A stretch of DNA of 64,000 nucleotides. Origin: Utricularia gibba (Eukaryota > Plantae > Magnoliophyta). The position numbers and the translations under genes were made by a program. Position 1 is the stretch's first letter; every line of letters begins with the position of its first letter. The stretch is taken from positions 992,001 to 1,056,000 of the forward strand of contig NEEC01000016.1 of assembly GCA_002189035.1 (NCBI GenBank), read 5' to 3'. A model generated the notes under the pieces. That model worked only from the letters and a program-made list of their open reading frames with translations, did not search any database and was not told the DNA's origin. Shown here piece after piece: positions 24,681 to 37,635 of the stretch.

Positions 24681-27299
24681 ATGGCGACGGAGTGTGCCGA
24701 GAAATGGGTTCTTACGGTGACTGCTCGGACACCCACCAACATAGCTGTTGTTAAGTACTGGGGAAAGAGGGACGAGGATCTTATCCTTCCTGTGAACGAC
24801 AGCATTAGTGTTACGCTCGATCCCGCTCATCTCTGCACCACTACCTCCGTTGCCGTCAGCCCTGGCTTCGATAATGACCGTATGTGGCTTAACGGCAAGG
24901 TTTGTGACAGTTTTTTTTCTTACGCTGTTCCAACTTTCTGCAACAAATGTGGCAGGTAGAGATCAAATTTTATGTTTTCATGGAAGATTTAGCTTTTTGG
25001 TAGACTGCGATCTAGGTGCTGTCTGTTTATTTGTTTCATCTGTAGATCAGCCATCATTTGCATAGCTTCAAGGAACTGTTTGCTTGTAAAGGGTTATTTT
25101 TTTATACAAGAACGTCTTTCCCTCTTTTCTGCTCTATCTTCTTTTAAGTTGAAGACTTGAACTCCAAGGGATTGCCTTGTTGCTTGATAGCTTTGAGATT
25201 CATAGGAATGAGCTATGCCTATATGAAACTCAGATTTTTGCTTTTTACATTATAATTCTTGAAATTTCAGGAAGTATCTCTTTCTGGGGATAGATTCCAG
25301 AATTGTTTGAGAGAACTAAGATCACGCGCTAGTGATTTCGAGGATGAGGAGAAAGGTATAAAGATCCTGAAGAAAGACTGGCAAAAGCTGCATGTTCATG
25401 TTGTATCCTACAACAATTTTCCTACAGCTGCTGGCTTGGCATCATCTGCTGCTGGTTTGGCTTGCCTAGGTAATGCCAGTTCATGATAACAGCAACAATT
25501 TTCTAATTTTCTTTACTCTTATTGAGAAGCAGTTGTCATCATAATATACTGATACCAGGCTACTTAAGCTGATGATAAGACGTTTGTAAGGTGACCTCTA
25601 TAAACCTTCAAATTTGTAAATGACCACGGCTTGTCTCTGCAGTTTTCTCTCTTGCTAAGCTAATGAATGTGAAAGAGGATCATAGCATGCTGTCTGCCAT
25701 TGCCAGGTAATCTTTCCAGATGTGTGTTTCTGTTGTGTACTTTTCCTGCTGAATTAAGCTGAAAAAGGACTGCCAAAATGAAAACCGGATAAGATGATGT
25801 TTCAAAATTTACTCATACAGGATCAAAGTAGCCAAAAAAACGATAGTTTTGAAGGGCGATCTATCAAATTTTACAGATACAGTCTTCTGATATTCTACAT
25901 AACTTAATGTTTAGTATGTGAGCTTAGAGCATGGCCTTCATCCTCCTCCTTTTGGATTTGAATAATTTTAGTCGTTTATCCCAGACAAGGATCTGGAAGT
26001 GCTTGCCGTAGCTTGTATGGCGGATTTGTGAAGTGGGTTATGGGGAAGGTACGTTTAGCATCTTCTGTGTATTTGCTAGTAGTGCTCCAGACATTTTGAC
26101 TATTGCTTGTAAACGTCTAATTCTTACTCCTGGATGAGTGAAGGAGGATGATGGATCAGATAGCATTGCTGTTCAACTTGCTGATGAAAAGCACTGGGAT
26201 GACCTTGTTATCATCATTGCTGTGGTTCGTCTTTCTCATAAACACCAGTTTGTTCCTGTCTTCAGCAACCAATTTTCATTCTCTACTTCAGGTAAGTTCA
26301 AGACAAAAGGAAACAAGTAGTACATCTGGAATGCGTGAGAGTGTTGAAACAAGTACACTTTTGAAATACAGAGCGCAGGTAATCCTGTGTGCATTTTTTG
26401 CTACTCTCTAGACAAAAATATGCCTTCCTGGATGGATACTCCGAGCTCTACCGACTTGAAACATTTACAAGATGACATGCTCTTACCTGTGAAGTAATAT
26501 ATCACAGGAAGTAGTACCAAAACGGACCATACAGATGGAGGAAGCAATCAGAAACCGTGACTTTTCAGCATTTGCTCGCTTGACGTGTGCAGATAGTAAT
26601 CAGTTCCATGCAGTCTGCCTTGATACCTCACCTCCCATATTCTACATGAATGACACTTCTCATAGGTAAGCAAATTTCTTGTTGTTTAGTTTCCTTTAAC
26701 TCTGCAGCCTGGTTCTCTCTTGCAGTAGTAATTCATGTGACCTCATCGTTTTGCAGAATTATTAGTTGTATTGAGAAATGGAATCAACAGGAAGGAGCAC
26801 CTCAGGTTTTCCCTCATCTGCCTGTGTCCATAGCTTCCTTTCTGGTATTTCTTGTAATATGCTCAATGAATCCTACTCAACAGGTGGCGTATACATTCGA
26901 TGCTGGGCCAAATGCAGTGATGATTTCTCCCAACAGAAGAGTTGCCACTCTACTGCTTCAGAGGCTCCTCTTCTACTTCCCCCCTCCAACAGACTCCGAA
27001 TTAAGCAGGTGATGATGATCATCTCTTCAGTTCTCTATTCCCCAACTCGTCCTGAAGATTGCAGACCACCCTTCCGCAGCTATGTCATCGGCGACACGGC
27101 GATACTGAAGGACGCCGGCGTTTGCGAGGCGAAGGACGTGGAAGCCTTAGCTCCTCCCCCGGAATCTAAGGACAAGAATCCAGCAAGGTTCAGAGGAGAT
27201 GTTAGCTACTTCATCTGCACAAGACCAGGTGAAGGTCCCATTGTGCTGACTAATGAACACCAGTCCCTTATCAACCCTGCAACTGGGCTTCCCAAGTGA
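24681..27299 (+). CDS. MVD: Diphosphomevalonate decarboxylase, 10 exons
   Basis: [62 protein letters not shown]; ends NPATGLPK. Confidence 0.96.
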
Positions 27300-28605
27300 A
27301 GCATGTGAGCCTTCAAGATATGAACTTTTTTCTGCTGATTCTGTGGGTTTCTTAGTTCCGCGGCATTACATGCTATCAGTGTTGTTTTCTGATGAGTGGT
27401 TTGATATCATTTCTTGGAGCGACCAACTGCTTGGTAGTATTGAAGAACATATTGATCTTCTAATGTATGTTCGTCCAAAAACTTCAATAATCTAAATCTA
27501 TTTATTATCATATTGTTCGTTTCGAATATATAATCTTTAAAATTTCATGTTTTCCTTATTTTTTTATTTGTATTTCTAAAAAAAATTATAAATTACTTTA
27601 AACAAAGCATACCTTACTTTGAAATTATTGGTAATAACCTTCTATTGTGTACGGAAAAAGATCTTATACAAAATTTGTATTGTCATATTATTTAATCTCA
27701 TTCTATGGGATTTGACTATAATTCTTCTACCATTACTTGGGCAAGGCACTACATATAACATCAACAAAAGGTGCTATCTTTATATAATTAATTAATTATT
27801 TATGTAAAAAAATATTACAAATTTATTGTAGTTGGGCTTGCTTCATTTTAAAAAAAGCATGTGCTACTTTTTAGTTTTTAGTTTTTTTACAAAAATAATG
27901 TTTATTTATAATAAAAAAGAACTAATTTTTTGAATTGGACCAAAACAGAGAAATGTATGGTATGCAAATCGAACTATTGAGTACTTGTATTTAAAAAAAT
28001 TATTAAAAAATGGAATTATTAACACTGAATTCTTTAATTTTCTTTTATACACTAAAATAAAAAAATGAATATTAAATATGAGAAAGTACCCCACCCACCT
28101 TGTGGTACTGCATTGAGGAGCTGTAGTACAGATATGAAAGATGCGCTTGTACTGTACTGCGGTGTATGGCCCACACCTGACCAACCTTTTTAGGAGAATA
28201 TATTCTCATTATTCATAATTATGTGCTTAGGTGACTTGTTTTTAGTAAAATTAGGGAATGATTAGAATTTAATAATTATGTGCGATTGATTTATTTATAG
28301 TAAGAAAAACATAGTATTTACATACAATTTAAAGTAAGAAAGTGAACACATGTTGTTGTACGCGTTGTAGTACCATTTTACCTTTTTTTCGTACACAACC
28401 CATCGGATAAATTAAATGAAATTTCCCAAAAATTGTTTTTTTTTGGGAATTTTTTTTTAAAGAATTATCATCAATTTTCTTTCTTGGTGGATTGGGTTGG
28501 TATCGAAATCCCTCCATTCTACTTTTCGTCCTTATAAATACTCATCGTCTTTCAATTGAGAATTGTGATTCGGATTACTTTCGGTTGCTTTTGTCAACGA
28601 TCGCC

Positions 28606-29449
28606 ATGTCGCAGGTGGGATTTCCTTGGTTTCTGGTTTTTGGTTTTTTTTTTAGTTATTGTGCTGGGGTAGGCTCGTTTATTTGTTTATGTGAACTATT
28701 TGATGGGTTTTTTTGCTTGTTTGTTTGGCGTTTTTGGATTAATTACTTGTTTTGGGCGTGCACTTTTGCTGCTCTTTGATTGGTATGTATGTTTTTGAGG
28801 GGATGTGTTTGATTTATTGTGTTGCTTGCCCTGTTTCGGTTTATAGAAAAGGCATCGGTTTCAGATCAAGGGCTCTGTTTGCTTGATTTATTATGCAGAA
28901 TTTGTTGACATTTTGTTCCTTAAAGAAATGAAAAATAGTTGGGTACTTGAAGTTGGCTCTTGTATGTTGTAAGAGTGATGAACCTGTCATTTTGGGCAGA
29001 CTGTGGAGCTCAAGGTTGCTATGTCATGCCAAGGCTGTGCAGGAGCTGTGAGAAGGGTTCTTGGAAAATTGGAAGGTTTGTCGCTTCCTCCTATAAAACA
29101 TAGCCTTTATTTGTGCATTCTCGGAGCAGGAACTTTTCGAATATAACTGACGGGTTGTCATGGTCCGTCTTCTGTGCATTCTGTGGGACGCCGTTATCTA
29201 TGTTGCATTATGTTCAGCACTCAATTCTGGCAGAATGCCACAGACTATTAACAAAGATCTGGTGTGCCCATTTCCATTTTCCGTATTTGAACTGAGTATC
29301 GTGATTATCATGCAGGTGTTGAATCATATGACATTGATATGGAGAAGCAGAAGGTGACTGTGATAGGAAGTGTTTCACCAGACACTGTATTCCAGACGGT
29401 TTCAAAGACTGGGAAAGCAACATCCTTCTGGGAAGCACCAAAGGAATAA
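28606..29449 (+). CDS. ATX1: ATX1/CCH-type copper chaperone (HMA domain); absent from the ORF track
   Basis: Exons 28606-28614, 29000-29075 and 29316-29449 give [44 protein letters not shown]...[14 protein letters not shown], with the MxCxxC motif. Confidence 0.92.
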
Positions 29450-29821
29450 GTAAAGGCACCACCTTCCACCTAAACCGAAGTGCTGCTTGATATCTGCCAC
29501 TCCCATAGAATGCTGATGCTGTAATATTACGTCTGTGTCTTGTGTTTCTGCTGGTACCTTCATAAATAAGTTTCGGGAAATCCCACTTGTTCTCATCCAA
29601 GGGAATAGTTGTGCACACGTTTGCTTGTGTGATATTAGCTTGATGAACAACACCGGCTTAACTGATATGATCACACAAGTACTGTAGAAGTAATTTTGCA
29701 TTGTTGTTTTTGCTGTCGGTTGTATAGAACGAGGTGATACAATCAAAGCAAATGAAGCAATCACGTACATAGATTTTGATTTCAAACTCAGAATGAAGGC
29801 AGCGAAACAGACAAGGAAATT

Positions 29822-30670
29822 TCATGGCTTTGGGATGAGAACCTTGCTGAGTTCTTCCAACTTCCTCGTCCTCAACATCTCACTTTGATTCAGCAACTGC
29901 ATGTGCCCCAACACAAGCATATTGAAACATCTAGATTCTTCTAGAATAACCATATAGTTTCACTTCGAATCCGAAGCTTGAGAATTACCTCCAGTAAGGC
30001 AGACGTGAGATGGGCTTTCTCTTTGCTCCTTTCCTCGAAGGCTTCCATTGCTTCTTTATATTCCTTCTCCTGTTAGATGAGAAAACTGCATCAGTATGTG
30101 AACAAGAAACCATATTTGTTACTGGAGACAACCAAGAGAGCAGTTGAAGATGCTCAGTTGTCAGCCAGGTAACATATTCTTTTGAACGATGACAGCATAC
30201 GCTACTTGAAGTTACCTTCTTCTGGCAGATCTGAGATAGAGACTTGAGATCCCTACTCGCAAGCTCTAGTTTTCGCCTGACAACAGCCAGTTCCTTCCTC
30301 GTCGGATCAGTAAAATCTTCAAGCTCCTGATGTCCAACTCAGTATTGTTCATAAAAAGAACTCACTTTCAACTGGAGGGGATGACCCAAATGATGAAGTT
30401 CTACTTTCAAAATCATCAATCAGAAAAAAAAAAAAACAAACTCACTTCACAAACTTGAGTCAACTTCTTCGCTTCTTCTTCAGCTTTTAGGAGCTGTGCC
30501 TCCACTCTTTTCCTCATCTCCATCCTCCTCTTTTCTATCTCCCCTTCTTTCTGCTGGTATGTAGTGATCGCCATCCTTGAGGCCTCGTCCTCCTCCTCGG
30601 ATTGTCGACCGCTGCTTCCGAAGCTCGCAGCAAGGGCGCACTTCATTTTCATCTTCTTAGTCTCCTCCAT
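29822..30670 (-). CDS. DUF662 / RAB6-interacting golgin-like coiled-coil protein
   Basis: EEEDEASRMAITTYQQKEGEIEKRRMEMRKRVEAQL, then exons ELEDFTDPTRKELAVVRRKL, EKEYKEAMEAFEERSKEKAHL and RTRKLEELSK. Confidence 0.8.
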
Positions 30671-31930
30671 CTTGATGAATTGGAGACGATGGAAGTGCCT
30701 TCTGTATGCCATCCACTATTTTTGAAACTCCGGTCTCCAAGAGTGTGCTTGCCAACTTTCTTTTGCTTTTGCTTTACTATTTGCTTTCTTTTCCCTTCCC
30801 TGACCTTCTTTCCAGCCAAACAAATGTGAATAAAGAACATCTAAATAGTTTGTGGGCACACCAAACACCAAAAGGGTGGCTTCTTATTGCAAGCTTTAAA
30901 TTCTCCTATGTGCTGTGTGGATCTGTAAGGATGGAATCTCAGCAAGTAGCTCTATCAGTTGCACACAGCTTATGCATCATATCATGAATGTGGACGCCAC
31001 GTGATGGTGGTGCTACCTTGAGCACATGCACCTCATTTAGAGTCGTATGCCACTAGCTTATCAGTATCAGTTATCGGTTTTCAGCAGTTGCACTCAATTT
31101 GAAAGCACTGCTTTAGTTTTTTTTTCCTTGGAACCGAAAAACATGACCTGCAGTAGATGAAATGCAGGAAAACTGCAAATTGCTGATGCAAAGTCAAATT
31201 AGGATCTCTTCCATGAAAACTGTACTACTACAAAAAGCTGACAGCCAAGATGGCCATTTTACTACAAGAGTATCTATCACGAGGATGAGGCTGATTAACA
31301 GATGTCCAGGTGAACAAGTAAAATCTAGCAAGTACAATAGCTTGTCAGCAGATGATTTCACCACCACAGATTCATTGGCGTCCCTGAAGGAGCAAGTGAA
31401 GAAGCCGTTGATTCAAGAGTGGGCAAGCATGATCTACAATATCACATGAAATATATTATTTTGAGGTTTATAACCAGGAAATTATTGCCTATATCTGCAC
31501 AGAAAGCAAGGGAGAACAAGCTTCCACAAAAGCTACTGTTTTTCTCAAGTATTGTGGTTGCGAGGTATTGATTTTATTGCAACAACCACACGCCTGACCG
31601 AAATGGTTGCTGCAATAAGTGACTCAAACAAATCAAGTAAGAATGAAGAACATCTTATTTCAAGTTCAACACTTCAGGTAATAACAGCAGAAAGAGGGAA
31701 TCTTGCACAAGCTTTTCTATCCGATCACTGCATAGCCTCGTTTCGCTTATAAGCAAAGCTTCTAATTATAGTTTTGAAAAACTTTGTCTAGCATTGCAAT
31801 TCGTGAGACGAATGCACAGGAGCCAGGAGAAGCTCTAAATGAAGGTAGGAAAGTGGTACCATAATGAAAAATTCTAAAATTAATGAGAAGCAGATGCATC
31901 ACATAAAGTACCTCGGTGCGCACACGGCCA

Positions 31931-32766
31931 CTAATTTTGTGGAGGATTTGGTGGAGGCGGCATTCCAGGCCTTGGTTGTCCGAATCCTTGCATCTGTCCT
32001 CCCGGAGCTGGAGGGGGCATACCCGGCCTCGGCGGCTGCTGACCTGGTGGAGGACCGCCGGGCATTAATGGCCTTGGAGGCCCTCCGGGTGGCGGTGGAC
32101 CGCGCATCATCTGAGGAGGTGGCATCATCGGTGGTCTCTGGCCAAACTGAGGGGGTGGAGCAAATCCTGCAGGCGGTGGACCACCAGGTCTGAATTGCGG
32201 TGGAGGGGGCATCGGCATTCCAGGTCTAGGTGGAAAAGCACCAGGCGGTGGTGCCATCTGTGGCGGCCGAACCACCGGCGGCTGCTGAGGAGGGTACGAC
32301 ATTGGCTGAACCGATATCTGGGGAGGTCGCGATATCTGTGGCTGCATCATGCCCGGTGCAGGTCCCCAAACCCACGAACAGGACCCGCGAGTCCGGGCTG
32401 GGCTTGACTCGGTGGACCAGTAACAATACCCCGTCCTGCGGCACGGCCAATTCCAGGGCCAGCAACAACGCCGCCTGAAGTGGTCTTAAGACGTGATTCA
32501 TCTGGAGGTGGCGGTCCTTCGACCGTAAGGGAAATGACTTCTTCTCCTCTCAGAAGTACCAGTCCAAGCGTACGACGGTCCTCCCTATCTTCCTTAGTTC
32601 CCTTCTTCGGAGGAAGTTTGCGAAACTCCTCGCAGTCGCCGAGGACGAGGTTCATGTGACGATCGAACGCCATGAACTTTCCGATGAGCTGACGACCATC
32701 CGAAATCGTCACCCTCATTCGGTAGTTGACGTACTGCAGCATCTTCGAACTCTTCGACATCGACAT
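31931..32766 (-). CDS. SmB: snRNP core protein SmB, interrupted by a 1-nt frameshift at 32364-32367 (assembly error or pseudogene)
   Basis: [50 protein letters not shown] Sm domain; the Pro-rich tail [11 protein letters not shown] lies in a different frame. Confidence 0.9.
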
Positions 32767-32799
32767 TGTTGCAGAATCCAAAAAATGAATCCCCTCCTC

Positions 32800-32900
32800 T
32801 AGGGTTTAGATTCCAAGAACCAGAGGAATTGGGAACAACTGTAAAACAGAAGCGCGATGGGCCTATTCCACCTTATACAAAAGTACTTGGGCCTGGCCCA
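32800..32900 (-). promoter_or_regulatory. Telo-box plus three site II elements upstream of SmB
   Basis: TAGGGTTT at 32800; TGGGCC at 32858 and 32888; GGCCCA at 32895. This combination is typical of plant translation and splicing housekeeping genes. Confidence 0.7.
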
Positions 32901-33047
32901 CTACTGGAGGTGGCATTCTTGAAAATTCATGATAATACATAATAATGCATCCAATGTTATCAGAATTCTGAAGTTAAACATACTTTTCAATCTGAATGGT
33001 CTGGTAGTTGAAAGTTGGCAATGTGGGCAGTTGTCAAGATCAAAGTT

Positions 33048-33367
33048 TGTTTGGTTTAGCTCCATTTTAAAAAATGATTCTCAAACAAAATATACCTTGT
33101 TTTTTATTTTACATAAAATTGAAATAATGAATTTTTTTATTTTTTAAAAAAACTGAGTTACTTCTACTTCAATAAAAATTGAAACACTTTTTGAATATAT
33201 TTATTTATTTTACCTTCATTTTATTTTAAATTTCAAAAAATTGTATAATTAATAAGAATAAATTAGTAATATAATTAAAAATAAAAACTTCATATGAAAC
33301 AAATTACACCAAACACATTTTGTTGCTACGTTTTGCTTCTATCTGTTTAAAATTGATAAACCAAACA
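33048..33367. mobile_element. Possible degraded MITE (AT-rich, 11-bp terminal inverted repeat)
   Basis: TGTTTGGTTTA at 33048 and its exact reverse complement TAAACCAAACA at 33357 around an AT-rich interior; no clear target-site duplication. Confidence 0.35.
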
Positions 33368-33874
33368 TAAATTACTCAAAAAAAACATTTATACAGAATC
33401 ACTTTTTTTAGAGTCATTTTTAAGATTCCAAAATATGATTATTAGATAGCTTTGAGAGCACATGCCACACTATCCATGAGGCGGCAGCTGCCCATAACAA
33501 TACTATCCTTGCACCAGAACAAGGAGGATTCCACACGCATCACATTTCCACAGGCTTGTTTTGGATACAAGATTCATCATCTAAGTCTGTACATGTAAAG
33601 GCGTGGAACCGAATCCAAGTCTGTATAGCCTCCTCACCCTGTAGATCCTTCCTCATTCAGTGCCTTGAAGCAACACTTTGTCTCCCATTTCCCAGTGAGG
33701 CAAGTGACTCTCACTAAATTGGTCATTGAAGTCTCTTTGGATCAGAACAAGTTACTTCCCTTCAGTGCTCCAAGTACGAGTGTGTACTGGATATACTGCC
33801 CCTTGGTGGTGTACTACGGGCAAAACGTGGAGATCGTCTACTTCTTGACAAAGGTGAGTCTCCAATCTTCTCAT

Positions 33875-36812
33875 TCACAGAGCTTCTGGAAAGCGAAGAG
33901 CTGCAGGGCCAGGCCCTAGGATGCCTTTCTGCTCAGTTATCTTGGCAAGGGCAGCGCTAGACAACTCCAGCCGCAGATTCTTGTCGTCCTCTCGCCGTGC
34001 AGCCATCTGCCTGTCTATCTGCAGTACCATAGGAAACTATCATCATCTTGGAAAAAAAAAGAAAACTTGCCTCGAGAATGGAAATGAAATATATGGATGA
34101 GCCAAAGTACTGGATGGAGGAGCATGTTTGTAAAAGTGGGCTGGAAGTGTGTTTTAGCAACATTTGTGAGCATAATGAAAAGTGAAAAACTGATGACGGA
34201 CTCAAGATAACAACGCTCTAAATTGGGCACAATAACCAGGTGAAATGGGAAGATTTTGACTGGTGCACCAATGCCTTCATCACAACATAACTCTTTTTTT
34301 ATCCAACATGACTCTTTTTCCACGTGAAAAGACTCTTCATTTCCAAAAGAAATAACTAAAAACGTTAACAAAAATCCAGGGTGCTAATCTCTCAGCTCCG
34401 ACTCTTATTAAGGACACGATGTATTTCACTTTGCATATATGAAACTCATTTTTTCTTGCAAAAAAAAAAAAAAAAAAAAAACTTCATTTTATTGTTTGGT
34501 AATTCTGGACCGTATCATGATCACACTTATCACCAGCTTTGATCTGATAACGTATACTTGCCTCATCATGATGGCAGGGTTCATCTTCTAGCATAGGCGT
34601 CATGAGAGGAGGTACAAGGTCCGGATCAGGCTTCTGAAATATGAATGTCGTATATAGACCTGTGGTGGATGAGTGACTAAATAAGCATCAACGGAATATA
34701 GAAAATCAATACAAGGAAAACTGTTTTATCAGTAGCCAACACACTTAGAATGTCGTATGCTCTTGTTAGAAGCCGTCCCCTTTGATCCAACAGACTATGA
34801 CCAACATCCACAAGCATTCCAGTTAACGGTGCTCTAAAGAGACATCATGAGGAAAGGTGGATTTAAAAAAAAAGAGACATCATAAGAGGTTTTGAAGATT
34901 TATGAAAACATTCTGTTGGTACAACGAAGCATCACCTGTAGTCATCATAGAAATCAGTTAAGTTTTGTATCTCTACATACTCAAGGCCAGCCTCTCTAGC
35001 CAACCTGCGAAATATAAAATTGAATTCAACAGACAAGCTTACCTAGGTATGAGTCAGATGCATAGCATAAAGCAGGAACCTCAAAGAAGAGTTTCAACGA
35101 AACAGCATAGATACCATGAGGTGAGAAAGAACCTGATTAAGCTTGGAAAATGGACTAGAAAATTAGTTTCAGCTGATGAATCACCGGAAAACTTTAGCTG
35201 GTACTTCTTACCAAAAAAAGGGAACCTTGAAATGTTAACACGCATAGAGAAGTTGAGCAGTGATAATTATGCCAAGAAAAAAAAACCATGTAAGCAAAAT
35301 CATATATTGAAAACATACTTCTCCTCCTCAACTTCAAAAGTGATCATGTAGCTCTCAGATCTAACACAATTCGGGAATACATTGGGTTTCATGCCACCAC
35401 CTTTATTGTGATAAGCTTCAATATGTTTCTGATACTTAGCCCTGTAGATTCGCGTACTCAGACTTGGAAAATCATAAGCCCGAAAAAACTTCATACAAAA
35501 AGAATTTAGCAACATATCTGACAGGGTGCTAGGAGTAGTTCAATCATAAATATATTCTGACCAATCTGGTCCACCAAAAAGAAGCAGGCATTCAAAAGTT
35601 CACTTTGGAATTTGGTTTCCAACCAAAAAATTATCGAGATTTGTGATTTGGCAGGAAAACTGTTCTCCTAAATACCAAGGTAGACCACAATTGATGAATA
35701 CAAAAATGCAGAGAAAAAATCCTTTTGCACAACAATGGATATTCGTTAAGTCTTCAGCCTCAAACCACAAGATGGATATCAGTCAAGTAGGCCGTGCAAT
35801 CTAGTTTCATACCATATTGTAGATGAGTCGGGATTGATGCCAAGAAAATAGCCCCCTGGTTTCAGCAAAGACGACACATTCTGCAGCAGTCTAGTAACTT
35901 TCTCCTCATTTTCAGCATATAACTGCTAATACATAGTTTTCATTAGTTCACATAGTTCCAAAAAATGGCTTCTCAATAGATACACCTACAGGAAAATGCT
36001 GCATGCAGAAAACAATATCAGCCTTTTTTTCCTTGGTTTTCCAATGCAATTCTATATCATCCTGCACAACAAAAATCAACATTTGAGATAACTGGATAAT
36101 ATACTCAAATTGAAGCAACTTAGAATTTTGTGGCAATATAAAATGTACTCAAGTTGCTCACAGTGAAAGGGTCACACTCCAGAAACTCCGAAGTGTACGT
36201 CTTGCGTTGACTCTCCCAGGCATCCCTAACTTCATCCACTCCAGATGAGACCAAATCTGCTAAACGAACGAAATTCAGAATTGCGTAAATGCACTGTTCT
36301 GTCACCAGAGATTTTCAATTCTGCTCCTGTTTTTTTCGTTATTATGTTTGAAATTCGCAAATTTCCAGTGCACTCTACCCAAATCTCAAATAGTTCATTC
36401 CAGGGTTTACTGAATAGTACGAGGAATGACTATTTCTACATAGAAACCGCCAAATGAAAAGAAATATCCAAACGAGTAAGGAAAAAAGGAGATGCAAGAC
36501 CAATACGTTTACCTATACCGATAAAATGACCAATCTGAGCTTCATCCCACTTGTCCACATCAGGCACTTTCCCACAGTATAAAACGCAAACCTAAAAAGG
36601 AAAATAAGAACGTCTACAGAAAGAAAACGCCGGCGACGGAACAAGATTAGGGAAAAACAAACCGTAGCGTAAGGGAAGACGAAGATGTTGACGAAGGCAT
36701 TCTTCACGCACTCAATCAAACGGTGTTGAATTGACTCTGGTTGCCGGTGAGATGGAAGCGAACCCTGCGGCGGCTCCTCCAAGAATCTATGGCCCATCGT
36801 CTGCGGGAGCAT
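33875..36812 (-). CDS. mRNA cap guanine-N7 methyltransferase 2 (At3g52210-like); last intron is GC-AG
   Basis: HRLIECVKNAFVNIF, LLQNVSSLLKPGGYFLGINPDSSTIWAKYQK, LVHFPSLIRLAREAGLEYVEIQNL, FIFQKPDPD; ends EQKGILGPGPAALRFPEAL. Start could be 36812 or 36797. Confidence 0.9.
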
Positions 36813-37635
36813 TTTCACATAACGAACAACAGACTGCACCAACCGCCGCCTCGGTATATATAGGTCAACTGCCTTCAGCGACGATTTAATATATTATAAT
36901 AACACCATTGAAAAAGTATAATTTTAATTTATGCTTCAAATTATTTAAAATAACATCAATTTTAATATTATGTTAATATAGTCAATGTAAGACTATAAAA
37001 CTATTTTATAGGATAATATAAAATTTAATAAAAATAAAATATATTTTATAAAGTGTAATGTATTAAATTATACAATAATTTAATATCATGATATAAATGA
37101 AATTTTAGAATAAATATGAAGTAAATAATATAATTTTCCTGATTAATCTTTTATTTAATCATTAAAATTTAGATTTAAAAAATTCAGTAATTTCTAAAAT
37201 TAATCACAAAATATAAATTTCTTATTTTACTACAAAAAAATTAAAAATTAGCATCTTTAAAAATTAAATAGAATCAATTCAGTTAATTATGAAAAAAGAA
37301 CAAATCCATAATTATAAAATAATAGAATTAAAACATACAAAATGTAAATGAATATGCGTTTCATTTTAATTTTTTTAAAAAATAGCACATAGCATTAGTA
37401 TGTTCCATACCATACAAATTGTATTTATGCTTCATGTTTATTTTTAGAATAAATGTATTACTATTCATATAGAACATATTTTTTTCTCATATTTAAAAAA
37501 TTATAGTAATTCATGAATCATTGTGAATTAAATTCAATAAACATTTAAAACATTGATTTTTCCACCTTCAAATAATAAATGTATCATCACATTAAAATAG
37601 ATGAAAAATAAAAATAAATAAATACAAGGGTGGGG

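Noticed and set aside
31864-32501. Several antisense or overlapping ORFs across SmB
   Set aside because: Caused by GC-rich Pro/Gly codons that lack stops on the opposite strand.
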